Assembly (NCBI RefSeq): GCF_001194135.2
Contig: NC_068988.1
Coordinates: 27,941,106 to 28,005,105, forward strand
Origin: Octopus bimaculoides
Taxonomy: Eukaryota
Direction: 5' to 3'
Length of the DNA stretch: 64,000 bases
The notes under the pieces were generated by a model. The model ran no database searches. It had not been told where the DNA came from and worked only from the letters and a program-made list of their open reading frames with translations. The position numbers and the translations under genes are program-made. Below, in pieces: positions 12,205 to 23,341 of this stretch (position 1 is its first letter; every line of letters starts with the position of its first letter).

Positions 12205-13708
12205 ATGCTGTCAGTAAGGTGAAGGTTGGAAATGAGTACAGTAATGAATTCTGGGTAGAGGTAGGGGTCCACCAAGGTTCCGTCCTCAGCCCCCTCCTAT
12301 TTATCATAGTCCTCCAGGCGATCACAGAGGAATTCAAGACAGGTTGCCCCTGGGAGCTCCTCTATGCTGATGACCTTGCACTAATTGCGCAGTCACTATC
12401 AGAACTAGAGGAGAAGTTTAAGGTGTGGAAGCAAGGACTAGAATCGAAGGGCCTTAGAGTCAACCTAGCTAAAACCAAAATCCTAATAAGTAGGAAGGTA
12501 GATAAAACACAAACCCCTTCAGGTAGATGNNNNNNNNNNNNNNNNNNNNNNNNNNNNNNNNNNNNNNNNNNNNNNNNNNNNNNNNNNNNNNNNNNNNNNN
12601 NNNNNNNNNNNNNNNNNNNNNNNNNNNNNNNNNNNNNNNNNNNNNNNNNNNNNNNNNNNNNNNNNNNNNNNNNNNNNNNNNNNNNNNNNNNNNNNNNNNN
12701 NNNNNNNNNNNNNNNNNNNNNNNNNNNNNNNNNNNNNNNNNNNNNNNNNNNNNNNNNNNNNNNNNNNNNNNNNNNNNNNNNNNNNNNNNNNNNNNNNNNN
12801 NNNNNNNNNNNNNNNNNNNNNNNNNNNNNNNNNNNNNNNNNNNNNNNNNNNNNNNNNNNNNNNNNNNNNNNNNNNNNNNNNNNNNNNNNNNNNNNNNNNN
12901 NNNNNNNNNNNNNNNNNNNNNNNNNNNNNNNNNNNNNNNNNNNNNNNNNNNNNNNNNNNNNNNNNNNNNNNNNNNNNNNNNNNNNNNNNNNNNNNNNNNN
13001 NNNNNNNNNNNNNNNNNNNNNNNNNNNNNNNNNNNNNNNNNNNNNNNNNNNNNNNNNNNNNNNNNNNNNNNNNNNNNNNNNNNNNNNNNNNNNNNNNNNN
13101 NNNNNNNNNNNNNNNNNNNNNNNNNNNNNNNNNNNNNNNNNNNNNNNNNNNNNNNNNNNNNNNNNNNNNNNNNNNNNNNNNNNNNNNNNNNNNNNNNNNN
13201 NNNNNNNNNNNNNNNNNNNNNNNNNNNNNNNNNNNNNNNNNNNNNNNNNNNNNNNNNNNNNNNNNNNNNNNNNNNNNNNNNNNNNNNNNNNNNNNNNNNN
13301 NNNNNNNNNNNNNNNNNNNNNNNNNNNNNNNNNNNNNNNNNNNNNNNNNNNNNNNNNNNNNNNNGGCACATAAGATGTACCATCCTGAGCGTGACCGTTG
13401 CCAGTACCGCCTGACTGGCCTTGTAGGGTTTTCGAGCGAGATCGTTGCCAGTGCCCCTGGACTGGCTCTTGTGCGGATGGCACATAAAAGACACCATTTC
13501 GAGCGTGGCCGTTTTCGTGCGGGTGACACGTAAAAGCACCCACTACACTCTCTGAGTGGTTGGCATTAGGAAGGGCATCCAGCTGTAGAAACTCTGCCAA
13601 ATTAGATTGGAGCCTGGTGTAGCCATCCGGTTGCACCAGTCCTCAGTCAAATCGTCCAACCCATGCTAGCATGGAAAGCGGACGTTAAACGATGATGATG
13701 ATGATGAT
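12205..13708 (+). mobile_element. 5'-truncated RTE-clade LINE (reverse-transcriptase fragment, assembly gap, 3'UTR, (GAT)n tail)
   Basis: VGVHQGSVLSPLLFIIV...LLYADDLAL...GLRVNLAKTK at 12219-12529; 3'UTR ending GCATGGAAAGCGGACGTTAAAC(GAT)n. Confidence 0.93.
12530..13364. other. Largest assembly gap (N run). Others: 2014-2116, 2436-2445, 7923-8459, ~32493-33165, 34987-35187, 61675-61787
   Basis: Runs of n, mostly next to microsatellites or inside young repeats. Confidence 0.98.
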
Positions 13709-14848
13709 AGGCAGTACGTTTTCTTTTTCTTTTTGTTCGTTTTTATTTGGAATGTAATTCCAAGTGTTGAATGTTGTTTGCTTGTGAAATCAGCTGAGTG
13801 GACCTTTGTGCCATAAATGTAGCTTTGCCAGATTGGATTGGAGCCTGGTGCAGTATGGAAAGTGGACATTAAATGATGACAACGATGACGATGATGTTTG
13901 TGTGTCTGTGTTTGTCCCCACAACATTGCTTGACAATCATAAATTAGTGGTTCAGCAAAAGTGACTGATATAATAAGTACTAGGCTTACAAAGAATAAGT
14001 CCTGAGGTCAAATGACTGAAACAAACAAAAGAATAAATATTCTCAGATTTATTCCACACCTTGTACTTTGGTCAAATTCTTTCTTATATCCAAATGCATC
14101 AATTGATTCATGCTCATTTTTCTGTTTGTGTTTTAAAACTCTTTGAAGCAGACGATGTAAAAATATCTTATAATTTTGATGCCAATAATCCTTTGTTGTA
14201 AGGTGGTGAGCTTTCAGAATTGTTAACAAACCTGACAAAATGCTTGGCAGCATTTCATTTGTCTTTATGTTCAAAGCTCAAATTATGCTGAGGTCAGCTT
14301 TGCCTTTCATCCTTTTGAAGCACTGGGGTTGATGTAACAGACTTACACCCCACCCACCTCCCAATTGCTGGCCTTGTGCCAAAATTTGAATCAATAATTC
14401 TTTATTGTTTCAATGAAAAGAAAAAGAAAACAAAATTAGTTTCTTCTACATTGTAGTTGTTTATTTTCATGTTTTTTTTTATTGGCTCTCCGCAAAAAAA
14501 AAAGAAGAAAAAACAATTTACAAAGAAATAATTAGTGAGAGTGAATAATCTAGAATTGAGATGGGGAGAGGAAGAAAGCAGCCAGTTTATTAATACACTT
14601 TCTTGTCAGCATTACTCAGAATCTTGCCTCATACCCTCCCTCCCTCCCCTCTCTCACTTTTCTCTTTCTCTCTGTCTGCTTCCTGCAACCTTCGCTAGCT
14701 TGGTTCTCTTACTACTGTGCTATATACCATTATTTCCATAGCAGCAGCAGCAGATTATTTATTACATCAGATACATCGTAGGCAGAAGAACAGATTCCCC
14801 CATGTCGTCCTTTATAGAAATTGCGTAATTTTTGTACTTTTTTTTTTG

Positions 14849-14953
14849 ATGGAGACCTTTGATGAGGATTTAGATCCATTTGCTCTTGCTATGAGAGAGC
14901 ACATTAGAGAAGAAGACGAAGCTGTCGAACATATCTTAGCTATTGTCGAAAAT
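14849..14953 (+). CDS. TRAK1: Putative alternative first coding exon: METFDEDLDPFALAMREHIREEDEAVEHILAIVEN
   Basis: ATG at 14849, 35 open codons, AAT|GTAAGT donor in phase 0 matching the 32194 exon; non-repetitive, protein-like acidic helical composition. Confidence 0.7.
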
Positions 14954-17407
14954 GTAAGTTTGATATTTTCTTAAATTACACTCCTCACAACTTGAATTGA
15001 CAAAACTGGGTAAGGTTGGTTATTCTGTGTAATTTCTTGAAATAGTTACTACTAATATGGTGGATGTGCCTATCTCTGTTATTCACTTACTATGATCTGA
15101 TAGTATAACAGCAATAATTAGTTTCTGTAGTGTGTAGTGTTTAATGGTAATAGTTTAGTCTGGTTTTATTCATCTGGGTGTACATTTTGTTTACAATGGC
15201 AGGTTTTTCTTAACTACTATTTTTGATACATTCTGAAGAATATGGTTTCTTTTAAGAAATAAAATAAAAGACCTTTGTCAAAGTAAATAGTGTGGAATAA
15301 ATCTTAGAATTTTGTTCAGCAAAGTTATTAACAACCTTTTTTGTTATTTGTTTATTCATTTTGTTATTTATCTGTTTGTTTCCTTGTATTTACCACAAAA
15401 AACAGCCACTATAGCTAATAAGAAAGTGATTAGTGGTGATGATGCTAGTAATAGTTATAACACTAGTTTTTTTTTTACATAAGCATGAGACCTCTAAAAA
15501 TTTTAAGTGGGATTGGAAATATGATATTCTTGCAGTTTCCAAGGACATGCCTGTGTCACTAACATAGAAGTGATGAAGATAATACCAAATGATGTCAACA
15601 CAACTGATTATTAAAAAAAAAAAAATCTTGATTTATCGTTAAAAAAGAAAAGAAAAAATTCCCTTTGTTTTCCGTTATGCTTTGTTGATCCATTTATCAT
15701 CTCATTACAAGCCCTTGGCGCTACTGTTTTCTGTTCTTTGTTCTGACTTTAGTATAGAATAGGTCATTTATTTATGGTTCAGCCGTCATTTTTTATTTTG
15801 GGAGTGAAGCTGAGAGATGCGAGAGAGAGAGAGAGTGTGTGTTTGTAGTTGTATAGTGAATTGAAAGGAAGTAAGGTGTGTGTGTGTGTGTGTGTGCGCA
15901 CGCGTGTGTGCATGCATGCATGCGTATACATAGATGTAAACATTTGGCAGCCTATATTGGTTATGTGAAAATTAATATATTTAGCCAGCAATCTGTTTTA
16001 ACCTTCACTTGAAATATTCTTTCTGATATGTTACACTAGTAATAACCACAAACAGTTGAGAAATATTGATATTTCTTATTTATTTAAAAAAAGAATTTGT
16101 TTACTATTTCATCACATTAACAATATTGAAGCATTACTGTGTAGAAGTTACTATTAAACCACTTTCTTGTGCTACTACCCACCCTCTTCTCCCCACTGTC
16201 CCTCTGTCCATTTCCTCTCTTATGCTCACCTTCTTCTACTACTCTGGTACTTTCCATTACTACCATCTTTATCTTCTTCCCACTTACTTACACTCACCCT
16301 TATATAATGCGGAGTAACTACGTATCTTCTCTAAAGCAAGACACCTCTGCTTGACCCCACATCAAACTTTAGCCTTTTAACAACAGGCATAAAGCATCCC
16401 TCCTTCCCAAATATTCCCTCCCCCACTTAATAGTGAGAGCCTTTTCCCTTTTTTCTCTGGGTTTTTTTTTTTTTCTGTCTTGAATGTTATATGGCAACCT
16501 CATTAGTGCCAAGATGCCAAAAGAAGACAAAAAGCACCTGGGATACACCATAAAGAGATGGACATTAAAAAAGGCATCCAGATGTAGAAATCCTGCCAAA
16601 ACTGATACTAGAGCTCCACAAAGCCCCACAGCTTACCGAATCCTATCCAACCTATGCCTGCATGGGAAACTGATGTTAAATGATGATGAGCATCATTTAG
16701 TGTTGAGATGCACACACACATATGCACACGTGCACATGCATACATACACATACACACGCATACACACACATGCATACACACTACATACATACATATATAG
16801 ATGCCAACATACATATATAGATACATACACGCACGAGAAGCTTCTTTCAGTTTCTATCTACTAAATCCACTCAGAAAGTCTTGTTTGACTCGGTGCTCTA
16901 GTAAAAGGCACTTGCCCCAGGTATCACGCGGTGGGACTGGACTCAGACCCATCTGGTCGAGAAGCAAACTGAATAACTGCACAGCCACTCCTGCGCCTAT
17001 TTGAGTACATTTCATAATTGACCTAAAACAGCTGTTGCGAGAACTTGATATTGTTAATAGTGTTGTTCAGATACAGATAAGATCATTTGATATACAACAA
17101 ACAAGTAAAACAACAAAAACTGAAATCAAAATACTTTTTCTCAAGTTCACCTCTCTCTGTTCTTTTGACTTTAGTAAGAAAAGGGCCACAATGAAGGTTA
17201 TGTTACAGTCTTACAAAAGTTTACAGGTTGAACCTCATCCTCTTTGGGCAGAGGCAAGGCTGTATTGTTAAGAAGCTCATTTTGCAACCATGTGGTTTTG
17301 AGTCTAGTTCCACAGCAAGGCACCTTGAGCAAGTATCTTCTACTACAGCCCCAGGCCAACCAATGCCTTGTGAGTGAGTTTAGTCAACAAAAACTGTGTG
17401 GAAACAC

Positions 17408-17451
<44 letters not shown>

Positions 17452-17846
17452 TTCTTGTCTGCTCCCTCTCTGCTGCTTGACAACTGGTGCTGGTTTGTTT
17501 ATGTTCCCATAAATTAACTGTTCAGCAAAAGAGACCAGACTTTTAATAAGTGCCAGACTTTAAAAAAAATAAGTACTGGGGTTGATTTATTTGATTAAAC
17601 TCTACAAGGCAGTGCTCCAGCATGACCATCATTCAATGACTGAAACAAGTAAAAGATAAAAGATATGTTTAACCTACTTATTTATCCTCTTAGGTTTGAA
17701 TAAAGAGTGCATTATCCCTTAGCTTAAAGGTTTTGGTGATGTGATTGTTTATTTTTACAATGACATAGTAGGGTAGGTGCAAGAGGTTTGATCTGGACAG
17801 TCTGAACACAAAACGGGTAGACTATTAGGACTGGATATGGCCGACT

Positions 17847-18182
17847 TACTGTATTTGATGGACTATAAGACACATGAGTGCATAAGAAGCACCCTAGTCT
17901 AGGCTATACTTTTGTAAAATAAATTACCACTGAAATAATGTTTCAATTCTTCCACTTACCTGTATAACTTTATGTTATTACTAGTAATTATAAAGAATTT
18001 ATTGCATCCACATTCGTTATAGGCTAAGCTACTAGGCTACATCTACCTGACATCTGATGTATAATTTCAGCCAACATTCGCGAGTTTTGAGCCTACATTG
18101 AGTGCATTGGGCGCAGGGAATTTTTAAGCCATTTTTGGGTTAAAAAAAAAAGGGTGTGTCTTATAGGCCATCAATTGCAGTA
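17847..18182. mobile_element. Tc1/pogo-type MITE
   Basis: 27-bp inverted termini TACTGTATTTGATGGACTATAAGACAC / GTGTCTTATAGGCCATCAATTGCAGTA, including TA at each end. Confidence 0.8.
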
Positions 18183-18467
18183 AGTGCTAAAGGATAAATA
18201 AATCTTCATAAGAATGTAACATTTCAAAAAATGTAATTTGAAATAATGATTCACTGTAAGAGTCAATTGTTAATCATTTCATCATAAGGATTATCTCATT
18301 GCTTTCATAAAGATCTCATCATAAGGATTATCTCAAGTGTTTCAGGCCTGTTTTCTTTCTGCAGTGATTATTTTCTGAGGCTTTATAACCAAATAACATT
18401 TCATAATCTACATCCACCACCAAGTTTTGGTTCTTTCAGTGCTCTTGTAATGTCTCTTTATTTTTAA

Positions 18468-18679
18468 GGCAGTGAGTTGGCAGAAATGTTAGCACACTGG
18501 GTGAAATGCTTAGCGGTATTTCGTCTGTCTTTACATTCTGAGTTCAAATTCCATCAAAGTCAACTTTGCCTTTCATCCTTTCGGGGTTGATAAATTAAGT
18601 ACTAGTTGTGTACTGTGGTCGATCTAATCGACTGGTCCCCACCCCAAAAATTTCAGGCCTTGTGCCTAGAGTAGAAAAA
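18468..18679 (+). mobile_element. tRNA-derived SINE (short family), near-full-length
   Basis: Head GGCAGTGAGTTGGCAGAA...GAGTTCAAATTCC (A/B-box-like); near-identical flanks AATGT(C/A)TCTTTATTTTT. Other copies at ~2117-2270, 21920-22186, 22295-22497, 39490-39713, 39826-40047, 44370-44560. Confidence 0.88.
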
Positions 18680-20887
18680 AATGTATCTTTATTTTTGTTT
18701 ATAGAATCATTATTTCCAATTTCATGCTCCCTTTTATCTGTTACTTGTTTCAGTCATTAGACACTGACCATGAAGAATTCTTAATTGAATGAATTGACCC
18801 TAGTACTTTTGTTTTTAAAGCATGGTACTTATTCTGTTGGTGTCTTTTGTTGAACTACTAAGTTACTAAGATATAAACATATCAAACTGGTCATCAAGCT
18901 GTGATGGACACAGACACACATACACAAGACTTCTTACAGTTTCCATCTACCAAATCCACTCACAACACTTTGGTCAGCCCAAGATTATAGTAGAAGACAC
19001 TTGCCTGTAGTGCCATGCAGTGGGACTGAACCTGAAACCGTGTGATTGTGAGGTGGACTTCTTACCACACAGCTGTAACTGCACCTGTATTACAAAAAAT
19101 GCAATGAATTTCAATGCACAGGTGTCTTTCATTAACAAGACAATGGGATTAAGTTTATCCTCACATTCTATTGAGGAATAGTGGAAGGTATGAGGTATTC
19201 TGGTCATTAAAATAAGTATATTATATACAGTTTGTTTTTCAAGAGGACTTTTAGTTTGTTTTTTTAACTTTTTTTTATTATTGTGGTGGAGAGGGAGGTC
19301 CTGTTTTATAAAAAGTAATTTAGCTCAGTTGTTTTCTGAGATTTAGTGTGAGTGGGAGAAGGGCTCAAAATTCCAGGAACCCCTATGCTGGCATCACGTG
19401 AACTGCTCCTGTGCTGGTGCTACATAAGTCACCCAGTACACTCTGTAAAGTGGTTGGCATTTGGAAGGGCATCCAGCTGTAGAAACCGTTTGAAAACAAA
19501 CAATCAAAGCCTAGTTGAGCTCTCTGGCTTACTAGCTCCTGTCAAACCATCCAACCTATGCCAGCATGGAAAATCAACATTAAATGATGACTGGAACTGG
19601 TTGAGACTGATGTGGTTCATGTTCAGTTTGAATGCCTATTGATTGACGTCTGCAGGAAAGTTGTGGGTTGAGAGAGAATTTCTGGGTGCTGCAGTTTGGG
19701 AAAAAGAATCATTTAATCAAAGTTTTTTAGAACGGGGTTCTAAAGGTAAAATGCAGCAGAGTTGATGAAAGGAAGAATATAACAAGTGCTTAGGCTGAGC
19801 TCATTTAGAAGCAGAAGAGTTACAACTATTACTTAATTTGTTAAATGGTTAACCAATTGACAAATAAAAAATTAAGTTAAGTAGAAGCACTGTGTGTGTT
19901 TATTACTGACTTAATTACTCTCCCAAAATATAACAAAATCTGTTTCCACTTTTGAATTCACATCAAGTATCTTGCAAACTAAGATGCAAAAATGAAATTT
20001 TAGTAATCAATGTTCAGTTTGAAAATTCCAGTAATCTCTCGCAGGCACTCAGTAAACTTTCTGAGGCTAACATCCACCGTTGATGTTAAACCTTAATATG
20101 AAGTGAAAAGTTTAGTCATGCAATATAAATAGACACACAAACACAAAACCATATACATTTCCTTACCATCATGCATTTAGAATTTTAGTGTTGTCACTTA
20201 AGAAGCTGTCTCAGAACAGACATGCACACTTTCCAGATTGTTGTCTTTGTTGCATCAGCATCATAATCATAGTTTTTACGTCTACATTTCCAGGCTTGCA
20301 TGGATCGGATGAAGTTTATTGAAGCAAATTATCTATAGCCTGGTACCCTTTCTGACACTAACCCCTCACCTGTCTCCAAGCAAGGTAATAATTCCCCATG
20401 GCCAAGCGTGTTTGTGCAGAATATTGGAAACAAATGACACTGGTTGTATGACAATGACACTAGAGGAGACGTCCTCTTGAGGTTAAAATATCACAGTAGA
20501 GTCCGCTCGAACAGACAGTCATGTTAACCCATATATACCCCTGGTTGTGTTTTTGCAATGCATAATCTGCTTCTACTTGTTTGAATATGAACTCACCAGG
20601 AAGCATCTGACTGAGCGTACAAAATGTTCAGTAGGTAGCCAACACCCATAGCTAACAGTTGCATAATGTCCTTCTCTTCCAGATTGTGAAAGCTTACTAT
20701 AACGTTTAATCTAAATACAGTGAAATTTTTTATGGCCATATATGGGTGAAAGTGGCTACAAATATCACTTGTCAGTACAACTGCTGCATTGATCTCTTAG
20801 AGAGATTTTAGAACTATCACTTTTACTCACTTACAACTATCACAGGATGTCAAGACAAGGAGATAGAGAGAGAAAGAGAGAGAGAGA

Positions 20888-20922
<35 letters not shown>

Positions 20923-21384
20923 TCTTTGAGTTTCCTTCTACGAAATCCACTTGCAAGGCTTTGGTCAGCTAAGGGCTATAGTAAAAGTCATTTGCCCAAG
21001 GCAATATGGTGAAAAAACAAACTTGTCAGCCACATTAAATTATCATGTATCATCATCATCATCATTGAACATCCATTTTCCATGCTACTATGGGTTGGAC
21101 GGTTCAACAGGAGCTGACAAGTCGGAGAACTACACAAGGCTCCAATTGTCTGTTTTGGTTTGGTTTCTAGGGCTGGATGCCCTTCCTGATGCCAACTACT
21201 CTACAGAGTGTACTGTGTGCTTTTTACATGGCCTCAGCACAACAGGGTTTTTGTATTGTTATCGTATTATTACATTTTAATCAATTTATATAATACTTAA
21301 CCTAAAACAAACTTTAATAAACACAATGTATTGCTTCTCCAATCTGATCTATTTAAAGTTTCTGTGTGTCCTTGTGTATCCATA

Positions 21385-21429
<45 letters not shown>

Positions 21430-21991
21430 TCTGTTCACATGCTTGCAGTAGTTTGATTGTTGGCCTGTAATCAAAATTTCAAGCATGTTTTATTAGCATT
21501 TAGTACAGACTTACAAGTAAGCACTCCCATATTATCTGTATGTGAGGCACTTAAGATATATTTTTAGAACAAAACAACTAAACAATGATTGTTTTGAATT
21601 TTTAATATCTTTTGTCGTATTGTTATGCTTCAAGTTAAACAACTGTTTAGTATGCAGTTCGATTGTCTACAATGTCAAATGCTTGATCATAATAAGTCTA
21701 CAATCATTTGTTGCTATTTGAAAACAAGGCAGATAACTCTGCTTGTCTGAGTCTGGTTTTTCCAGCTTGTTTCTCAGGTGAACGGTCACTAGTAACCAGA
21801 ATAGGGATAGGGGCATGCCACCAAGAATATACAAACACCCAAGTTTGTATTTTGCTTTTCCTATTCTTTCTACTAAATTCTCAAAGTTGTTTCCAGCAAC
21901 AAAAATAGTAATAACAACAATAATCCTTTCTACGAAAGGCACGAGGCCCGGAATTTTGTAGGAGGGAGACCAGTTGATTACTCCAGTGTTC

Positions 21992-22044
21992 GGATCTTTA
22001 CCCTTTGGCCGGCAGATTTAAAAAATAATAAAGGGTAAAGATCC
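21992..22044. mobile_element. 53-bp miniature inverted-repeat element with 15-bp perfect TIRs and 8-bp TSD, inserted in a SINE
   Basis: GGATCTTTACCCTTT ... AAAGGGTAAAGATCC flanked by CAGTGTTC at 21984-21991 and 22045-22052. Confidence 0.9.
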
Positions 22045-22496
22045 CAGTGTTCCACTGGTACTTAATTTATCGACCCCAAAAGGATTAAAGCCAAAATCGA
22101 CGGAATTTGAGCTGAGAACGTAGCAATGGGAGAAATACCGCTAAGCATTTTGTCCAGCATGCTAATGATTCTGCCAGCTTGCTGCCAACCGTAATCCTAA
22201 CCGTAACTGTAACCCTAACCCCCTAACCCTGACTCTAAAACCCTAACCCCCTAGTGAAAATCATGCTAGTGTTAATCTGAAAATTTACCATCCTCTCTAC
22301 TGAAGGCACAAGGCCTGCAATTTGGGGAGAAGGGACTCGTCGATTACATTGACTCCAGTGTTTTACTGGTACTTAATTTATCAACCCTGAAAGGATGAAA
22401 AGCAAAGTTGACCTTGGTGGAATTTGAACTCGGAACATAAAGACAGATGAAATGCTGCTAAACATTTTGCCCAGCATGCTAACAATTCTGCTTGGT

Positions 22497-22535
<39 letters not shown>

Positions 22536-23110
22536 GTTAATAATTATAGACAAATGGCCGAAGGAGATTCGAATATAATGTCCTGTAGAGTTTCTACTGA
22601 AAGTTTGCCTGTTAGGAACAGGAAAGATTACCAAGAGGGTTTTAAGCACTTGAAAGGCTATTGAAAGCTTGTGGAAACCTAAAGTTACAGGTAGTAACCT
22701 GCTACCCACATAAATCCTGTCAGGAATAAGAATAAACCTGAGTCAAATCAATGATAATAATATTAATCATTTTGCTATAAAACTAATTAAGAAGATCACA
22801 TAATTTATTCTCATCTAATATGCAAGCAATAGATTTTTGTTTATCGATTTAAGTTTGGTTCAAAAGCAGTTGAACCTGATAAATGTAAATTTTATAGGAA
22901 AGAGTTTCATGAAGGACAATTTATAAAAAGTTTCAAAATATAAACTGAGAAATATTTTTAGAATGATTTTAAAAATATAATCTCATTATGTTGTGAACTT
23001 TGTACTTAAAAAGGAATAATTATCTAATCTCTTATTTATATATCAGCAGTTTGGAACATTTTGACCTCCATTTATTTAAAATAAAATTAAATCTGAAGTT
23101 GTTGTATACT

Positions 23111-23341
23111 GTCAACTTAATGTGACAGTCCCCTGAAGGGAATAATACTACTGTTGGTTAGACCTAGGAAGTTGCACCGCTTCCTGTCGGCCTTGACACA
23201 TTTCCTGTGTCCTTGTGTTTACAAGGGGGAGAAACATAAGGACACAGGAAATCTGTCAAGGCTGACAGGAAGCAGTACAGCTTCCTAGGTCTAACCAACA
23301 GTAGTATTATTCCCTTCAGGGGACTGTCACATTAAGTTGAC
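23111..23341. repeat. Long near-perfect inverted repeat (110-bp arms, 11-nt loop), probably a MITE
   Basis: Outer 61 bp pair perfectly; 104 of 110 positions are Watson-Crick. Confidence 0.95.

Noticed and set aside
12362-13636. Long 295-424 aa ORFs on both strands
   Set aside because: Length comes from the 835-nt N-gap; only the + strand RT fragment is real
15700-15875. Unique segment ending in GAA|GTAAGG, a possible further first exon
   Set aside because: In-frame TGA just upstream in phase 0 and no ATG; could only be a non-coding exon, which the sequence alone cannot support
18468-18560. tRNA-like A/B boxes in SINE heads
   Set aside because: They continue into SINE bodies with tails and TSDs; I could not fold a complete cloverleaf
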